Below, piece by piece: positions 58,786 through 64,000 of a stretch of DNA of 64,000 nt. Source of the DNA: an uncultured Candidatus Saccharibacteria bacterium (lineage in GTDB: Bacteria > Patescibacteriota > WWE3 > 2-01-FULL-39-13). A program made the translations under genes and the position numbers. Numbering within the stretch: the first letter of the stretch is position 1; each line of letters opens with the position of its first letter. The stretch is from contig OZ246395.1 of the NCBI GenBank assembly GCA_965230915.1, forward strand, positions 204,019-268,018. The letters are read 5' to 3'. The notes under the pieces were generated by a model that made no database searches, was not told the origin of the DNA, and saw only the letters and a list, made by a program, of their open reading frames with translations.

Positions 58786-58920
58786 TTATTTCTTGCCGGG
58801 GCAAGAACATGTGCAGTGCCGCTGCGTGCCGTTGCAGTGGTGTCCACTTTCGCAACTTGCACAAATGAATCCGTCGTCATCATTAAATCGACATATCCAA
58901 AACAGAATTATCAGCAACAT
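58786..58920 (-). CDS. 44-aa Cys/His-rich peptide (metallothionein-like), cassette-borne; not in ORF track
   Basis: Own translation: MLLIILFWICRFNDDDGFICASCESGHHCNGTQRHCTCSCPGKK; promoter TTGACA-16-TATACT; SD GAAAGGAG; 3' hairpin. Confidence 0.75.
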   Translation of the reverse strand: MLLIILFWICRFNDDDGFICASCESGHHCNGTQRHCTCSCPGKK

Positions 58921-58986
58921 GTCCGATCTCCTTTCTGAAGATTCGAGCAAAGTATAGTCTTTGAAAATTAGGTGTCAATTGTCGAA

Positions 58987-59745
58987 TTATTCGACCATTT
59001 GAAGGATTTTATTAATATCGCTTAGCTGTTTTTCCATATCTTTAAATTGTGCCTCATCGATATTTTCGGAATGTTTGCTTGGGTCAAAATTGTCATAGAC
59101 ATGAAGTTTTCGTAAAACGGCTTCGGCGTCTTCGTGGTTTTCTAAAACTCCCCGCTCTTTATACATTTCTAGTTCCAATAAACGACGTGTAGTGGATTTT
59201 AATGCATCTATTCCATTTAAGACCTCGAATTTTCGATCGGCTGCAAAGCTTGTTTTAACTTTTCCGGAAGAATTTATTGTAATTGTGTGTTTTTCAGCGA
59301 CATCATTTGGAGCAGGACGGGTTTCGTCATCATCTAAACCATCTTCTTCGTATAAATCTTCTTCGATATTCAAAAATCTTTTGACTTCAATTAAAACAAA
59401 TGGGTTATTAGCCTGATCGTATTTTCGTAAAGCGCTTATAACAACTTCGTCTTCAGAAGAAGCATCATTCAAATGATCAGCAATAGTACCCTGATCCCAG
59501 TCTTTGCCGGTTACAAAAATTCGTAAAGATCCATCTTCACGTCGAAGAGCTTCACAATTACTAAAATGATCAGAATGTGCGAATTCTTCAATATCATTTA
59601 ATAAGCTTGTAACTTCGGTTTTGCTTTTTTTAGGTGGAGTCGCCCTAGTCATATTGGAAACAAGCGATTGTACCGAGCTTGCAACATTCGATATATTGCC
59701 CTGAATAGGTTGTGAGGAAATTAGTGAGCTGACAGACGAACTCAT
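58987..59745 (-). CDS. Hypothetical protein (252 aa, acidic)
   Basis: Long ORF; TAAAAT 7 nt before ATG. Confidence 0.72.
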   Translation of the reverse strand: MSSSVSSLISSQPIQGNISNVASSVQSLVSNMTRATPPKKSKTEVTSLLNDIEEFAHSDHFSNCEALRREDGSLRIFVTGKDWDQGTIADHLNDASSEDEVVISALRKYDQANNPFVLIEVKRFLNIEEDLYEEDGLDDDETRPAPNDVAEKHTITINSSGKVKTSFAADRKFEVLNGIDALKSTTRRLLELEMYKERGVLENHEDAEAVLRKLHVYDNFDPSKHSENIDEAQFKDMEKQLSDINKILQMVE

Positions 59746-59819
59746 GTACTAAATTTTAAATTGTTAACGTTAGTTTGCAAATGCTTGATTTATCCTTTGT
59801 TTAAGCTGATAATTTGCAT

Positions 59820-60542
59820 ATGCAAACAAATAAATCTTTTTCAGTTTCTGAGGCACTTAGATCGGGGTGGGAGATGTTTAAAAAGAATCCATTATTTTGG
59901 ATGGGCGTTACAGGTGTAGTAATGTTCTTCTCTTTTTTATCAGCTTCTCCAAGCTTTGTGTATCAAATGTCAGTAGGGGATTTTGAGGCAGAGATACCTC
60001 CACTTATTAATATATTGGGCTTTTTACTCTCTTTTGTATCATTGGGTATTCAGCTAGGACTGTTAGTTTTATTGATTAACGCACATCGGGGAAGAGAGCA
60101 AAATTTTTCTATTTTATTCAGTAAATTTCAGATTGTCCCACTTATAAAATTCTGGGTAGCATCTTTACTGTATGGCCTAATGGTTGTAATCGGAGTTTTA
60201 TTACTAATTGTTCCAGGAATTTACTTTGGAATTAAGTATCAATATTTCGCATATTTTATAGCGGAAAAGGACGCTGGAATTATAGAATCATTCAAGTTAA
60301 GTGGAGATTTAACTAAGGGCATAAAATCTTCACTATTTGGATTAGCAATTGTTTCAATATTAATTGCATTAGTAGGGGCCTTTATAAGCTTTGGACTAGC
60401 ACTTTTTATAATAGGACCAATAATAAACTTAGCGACTACTTATGTCTATTGTAAATTCAGCGGGTCAAATGAAGCATCGCCTGCTTCAGAAATGCCAAGA
60501 ATGGCACAATCACCAATGGCTGAAGCACAACCTTTAGCATAA
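59820..60542 (+). CDS. Integral membrane protein (DUF975-like)
   Basis: EALRSGWEMFKKN, LLIVPGIY, GIIESFKLSGDLTKG. Confidence 0.75.
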   Translation: MQTNKSFSVSEALRSGWEMFKKNPLFWMGVTGVVMFFSFLSASPSFVYQMSVGDFEAEIPPLINILGFLLSFVSLGIQLGLLVLLINAHRGREQNFSILFSKFQIVPLIKFWVASLLYGLMVVIGVLLLIVPGIYFGIKYQYFAYFIAEKDAGIIESFKLSGDLTKGIKSSLFGLAIVSILIALVGAFISFGLALFIIGPIINLATTYVYCKFSGSNEASPASEMPRMAQSPMAEAQPLA

Positions 60543-60584
60543 CTAAGAATTGCTTTCGGGTAGAGTTTGGGTTAAATTAGCTTG

Positions 60585-61829
60585 ATGAGCGAATCAAATC
60601 AATTAGACAAACCTCTATCCGAAATTTTGCGTCCAAATAAGATCGAAGATTTTATAGGACAAGACCACCTTATAAAAAATAATGGGCCGATTAAAAAGGC
60701 TCTCGATTTAAAATCTGTGTACTCGATGATTTTTTGGGGACCTCCAGGTGTTGGTAAAACAACTTTGGCACGGCTCATTGCAAATTATGTTAATGCCGAT
60801 TTTATTGAAATTTCCCCGACAGTTTCCGGTGTAAAAGATATTAAAGCCGCGGTAGAGAAGGCGAGGACAAATTTAAATATTACCGCCGATGCCGGGTTAT
60901 TTGCCGAGACTTCTACTAAAAAGAAAACAATTTTATTTGTAGACGAAATTCACCGTTTTAATAAAGCACAACAAGATTATTTGCTTCCACATGTCGAAAG
61001 CGGATTAATAACTTTAATCGGAGCAACAACCGAAAATCCATCATTTGAAGTTGTTTCGCCGTTATTATCACGTACACGAGTTTATGTTTTTAAGTCTTTA
61101 GCCAAAGAGGATATTTTAAGAGTTATAGATCGCGCGCTTGAATATCTAAAAGATGTAGAGCTAACTGAAAAAGCCCGAGACTATTTAGCTGAAATTTCTA
61201 ACGGAGATGCACGCGCTGTTCTAAATGCATTAAATGCGATTGCAACCATTGGCTTAAAGAAGGTCGATGTACCCGATTTAGAAAATGTTCTACAGACAAA
61301 ATTAAATCGATACGATAAAGGGGGAGAAGAGCATTACAACACAATTAGCGCGTTTATAAAAAGTATGCGTGCATCGCAACCCGATTCAGCTCTATATTAT
61401 TTAGCTCGAATGGTTGACGCAGGAGAGGATCCTAAATTTATTGCACGCCGAATGGTAATTTTTGCTTCAGAAGATATCGGAATGGCTGACCCGCAAGCAC
61501 TACAGGTGGCTAATGCGGTTTTTCGGGCTTGTGAAACAATTGGTTATCCAGAAGCTCAGATAAATTTGGCACACGGAACAGTTTATTTGGCAACAGCGCC
61601 GAAAAACCGCGCTGCATACGACGCATATTTTGAAGCGCTCGAAGACGTCAAAAAACTTGGCAACCTAGATATTCCACTTCATGTCAGAAATGCTCCAACA
61701 AAATTAATGAAAAATTTGGGATATGGAAAAAACTACGAAATGTATCCAGACCAGAATAAATCCAATTTGCCAGATGAAATAAAAGGCAAGAAATATTACT
61801 ATAAAGATATAGATGGAAAAACAAATTGA
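60585..61829 (+). CDS. rarA: Replication-associated recombination protein A
   Basis: LRP...IGQDHL, FWGPPGVGKTT, FVDEIHRFNKAQQD, GATTENPSF, ISAFIKSMR, SEDIGMAD. Confidence 0.97.
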   Translation: MSESNQLDKPLSEILRPNKIEDFIGQDHLIKNNGPIKKALDLKSVYSMIFWGPPGVGKTTLARLIANYVNADFIEISPTVSGVKDIKAAVEKARTNLNITADAGLFAETSTKKKTILFVDEIHRFNKAQQDYLLPHVESGLITLIGATTENPSFEVVSPLLSRTRVYVFKSLAKEDILRVIDRALEYLKDVELTEKARDYLAEISNGDARAVLNALNAIATIGLKKVDVPDLENVLQTKLNRYDKGGEEHYNTISAFIKSMRASQPDSALYYLARMVDAGEDPKFIARRMVIFASEDIGMADPQALQVANAVFRACETIGYPEAQINLAHGTVYLATAPKNRAAYDAYFEALEDVKKLGNLDIPLHVRNAPTKLMKNLGYGKNYEMYPDQNKSNLPDEIKGKKYYYKDIDGKTN

Positions 61830-63018
61830 AATTTGGCTAAAAAGGGGAGTTATAACAGCCGATCAAGCTGCAGTAATGACTCAGGATTTAAAAAATTCAA
61901 AAAAACTTAATGCCCAAAATCGTTTTGTTATTGTCGTTTCGATAATTGGTGCTGCACTTTTAGGGATTGGAGCGATTCTTTTTATCGCGGCGAATTGGGA
62001 ATACATGACCCCGACTTCAAAAGTTTTAATTTTATCTCTCTCAACTGTTGGTATTTATTTGCTAGGCTATTATTTTAGATACGAAAAGAGAAATCTTCCT
62101 AATGTTGGTTCTTCATTGTTGTTCCTATCGGCTCTATTATTGGGTGCTTCGATCTTTCTGGTTGCACAAATCTATAATTATAACGCTAATGCTCACTATA
62201 TTATTTTAATTTGGTTGCTTTTACTCCTGCCATTTTTATATACCATTCGAACTTATATGGTTTCGACATTAGTCACGATAATCTTTTACGTTTGGCTGTT
62301 TGTTTTTTTACAGAATGGTTTTTTGTATGACACTGTTAAATATGAGGAGGGTCTTAAGATTCTATCTTTATATTTATTTAGCGCGGTTTCTTTAGTGTCA
62401 TTTGGAACTCTGCATCAGATAGTTCCATCTTTGCATAAAGTTGGACGTGCGATGAAATGGATAAGTATTGAAGTTGCAATGATTGCCTTATTCTATTTTT
62501 CATTTGATCAAACAGATAATTTTAAACGCGTATATTACTACGATTATAATGTGAATCCTGAAGCCTTAGCGTTTTTGCAAACAATCTACTTGATATTTGC
62601 AATTATGGCCGTGGGTTTAGCTTGTTTAGCTTGGCTTGCAATAAAAAACCACAAAACTCGAATGTATGAATTTTCAGCAATAATTTTAACGGTATTTTTA
62701 ACAATGCTTTTTATATCGCATCTAGAAATGGCGACAATTTTCGCGATTATTTATAATTTTTTGATTTTTGGAATTTGCTTGGCGTTAATTTATACGGGTT
62801 ATCAGCGCGAAGATATAAAAACAGTAAACCTAGGAGTTTTTTGGGTTTGTATTTTAGTTGCGGTCAGATATTTCGATTATTTTTGGGAACTTATGGATCG
62901 TTCAATTTTCTTCTTAATAGGGGGAACTGTTTTGATTGTTGGAGCAATATTTTTAGAAAGAGGACGTAGAAATTTGAAAGAAAAGTTTAGTTTGAATCAT
63001 ACGCAAAACAATGGATAA
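61813..63018 (+). CDS. DUF2157 multi-pass membrane protein
   Basis: W..RGVITADQA, GAILFIAANW, GASIFLVAQIY, RYFDYFW...S.FFL.GG. Confidence 0.88.
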   Translation: MEKQIEIWLKRGVITADQAAVMTQDLKNSKKLNAQNRFVIVVSIIGAALLGIGAILFIAANWEYMTPTSKVLILSLSTVGIYLLGYYFRYEKRNLPNVGSSLLFLSALLLGASIFLVAQIYNYNANAHYIILIWLLLLLPFLYTIRTYMVSTLVTIIFYVWLFVFLQNGFLYDTVKYEEGLKILSLYLFSAVSLVSFGTLHQIVPSLHKVGRAMKWISIEVAMIALFYFSFDQTDNFKRVYYYDYNVNPEALAFLQTIYLIFAIMAVGLACLAWLAIKNHKTRMYEFSAIILTVFLTMLFISHLEMATIFAIIYNFLIFGICLALIYTGYQREDIKTVNLGVFWVCILVAVRYFDYFWELMDRSIFFLIGGTVLIVGAIFLERGRRNLKEKFSLNHTQNNG

Positions 63019-63562
63019 ACGAAAAATTGCATTTCTGTTAATACCGCTTTTATGGTTTGCGGCGATCTGGGGAACTCTTGCATACGAAGAATACCAGTTA
63101 TCAAACGGGCGCGAAGTGATTTTAAATGTTATACCTGTTGATCCGCGAGATATGTTTAGAGGAGATTACGTAACTCTAAGCTATGAGATTTCTACACTCG
63201 AATACTTCGACTCGGTGACATACGGTACGCCTGGAAGCAACGTAGACGTTGGGGATACGATTTATATTCAATTACTGTCCAACGGAATGATGGCATATTA
63301 TTATGAATATCCAAATTCACCCGCAATATTTACAAAGACCATGCCTACAGCTAAAAATAGAATTGCAGTAAAGGGTGTCGTTAAAGATAAGTACGTAGAC
63401 TCTGACGAAAGGGTCCATTTATCTGTAGATTATGGCATTGAGTCATATTTTGTACCTGAAGGAACCGGCAAGGATATCGAGCGAAGAATCAGAGATGGGA
63501 ATGTTCAGGCGCGTATTATAGTAGATAAATACGGCAATGCTTCTGTCAAATCACTCGAATAA
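63011..63562 (+). CDS. GDYXXLXY domain protein
   Basis: PVDPRDMFRGDYVTLSY, YGIESYFVPEG; usual partner of DUF2157. Confidence 0.92.
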   Translation: MDKRKIAFLLIPLLWFAAIWGTLAYEEYQLSNGREVILNVIPVDPRDMFRGDYVTLSYEISTLEYFDSVTYGTPGSNVDVGDTIYIQLLSNGMMAYYYEYPNSPAIFTKTMPTAKNRIAVKGVVKDKYVDSDERVHLSVDYGIESYFVPEGTGKDIERRIRDGNVQARIIVDKYGNASVKSLE

Positions 63563-63585
63563 TTGATAAAATATAGACACGATTT

Positions 63586-63951
63586 TACGAAGCCCGGCAC
63601 ATTACTGCTACTTTTAGTATGCAGAGGAAAGTCCAGCCAACATAGAGTAGGGTGGGCATGTGAAGGCATGCCATTGGCCGCAAGGTCAAAATAGTGGTCA
63701 GCGAAGAAATTCAAAGACGCGGTTATGGAATTAACCATAATTGAGAGCCATAGAGACGAGCTGTTTCTAAACCGTAAGGCATGAAACAAGCTGGAACGAG
63801 CAATCCTCCCTGTTGCAATCCGCGACTTATCGCCATAGGTTACTCGCCAAGATGCTACGCAAGTAGAAGACGCGATCAAAAGACGGAGCTTAGATAGATT
63901 ATGTGCGCTAGTCCTAGACTAGCAACAGAAGCTGGCTTACAGGGCTTCGTA
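63586..63951 (+). ncRNA. rnpB: RNase P RNA
   Basis: P1 tacgaagccc/gggcttcgta; conserved GAGGAAAGTCCAGC and AACAGAAGCTGGCTTA with complementary P4. Confidence 0.93.
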
Positions 63952-64000
63952 GAAAAGGTAAAAATTTCTGTATTTGCAAAAATTTAGTCCTCGGTAGAAA

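Noticed and set aside
63505-63879. 124-aa minus-strand ORF
   Set aside because: Antisense to RNase P RNA, which has clear conserved motifs.
1-64000. Alternative genetic code (UGA=Gly, as in Gracilibacteria/SR1)
   Set aside because: Core genes are full length in code 11, and frr, dprA and the response regulator end at TGA at the expected positions.

Overview
Low-GC bacterial chromosome segment, standard code 11. Its gene content fits a Patescibacteria/CPR (Microgenomates/WWE3-like) organism; this placement is inferred. Bases 1-21.1 kb hold surface-protein genes: a 5'-truncated >3400-aa GNVGIGT-repeat fibre protein (FG-GAP propeller, two peptidase-G2-like domains) and two paralogous DUF2341 + 6xLamG proteins. 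The rest is core machinery: secE-nusG-rplKA-rplJL, rpmG/B/E, dprA-topA, rpsB-tsf-frr-rseP, rpsF-ssb-rpsR, ctpA-htrA, prfA, a Gld-like ABC transporter, a VirD4/HerA-like ATPase, rarA, 4 tRNAs, RNase P RNA and a probable 6S RNA. The main signal is about 10 dispersed, self-contained orphan cassettes inserted between core genes. They share one design: own sigma70 promoter (four preceded by a CCYATAGY motif), a hairpin at the predicted transcript 5' end, a strong Shine-Dalgarno site, GC-richer orphan ORF(s), and an unusually long G.U-rich bulged 3' hairpin. In contrast, most core genes look leaderless or SD-less. No integrase, transposase, CRISPR array or reverse transcriptase is visible. All calls come from reading the sequence; no searches or folding programs were run.
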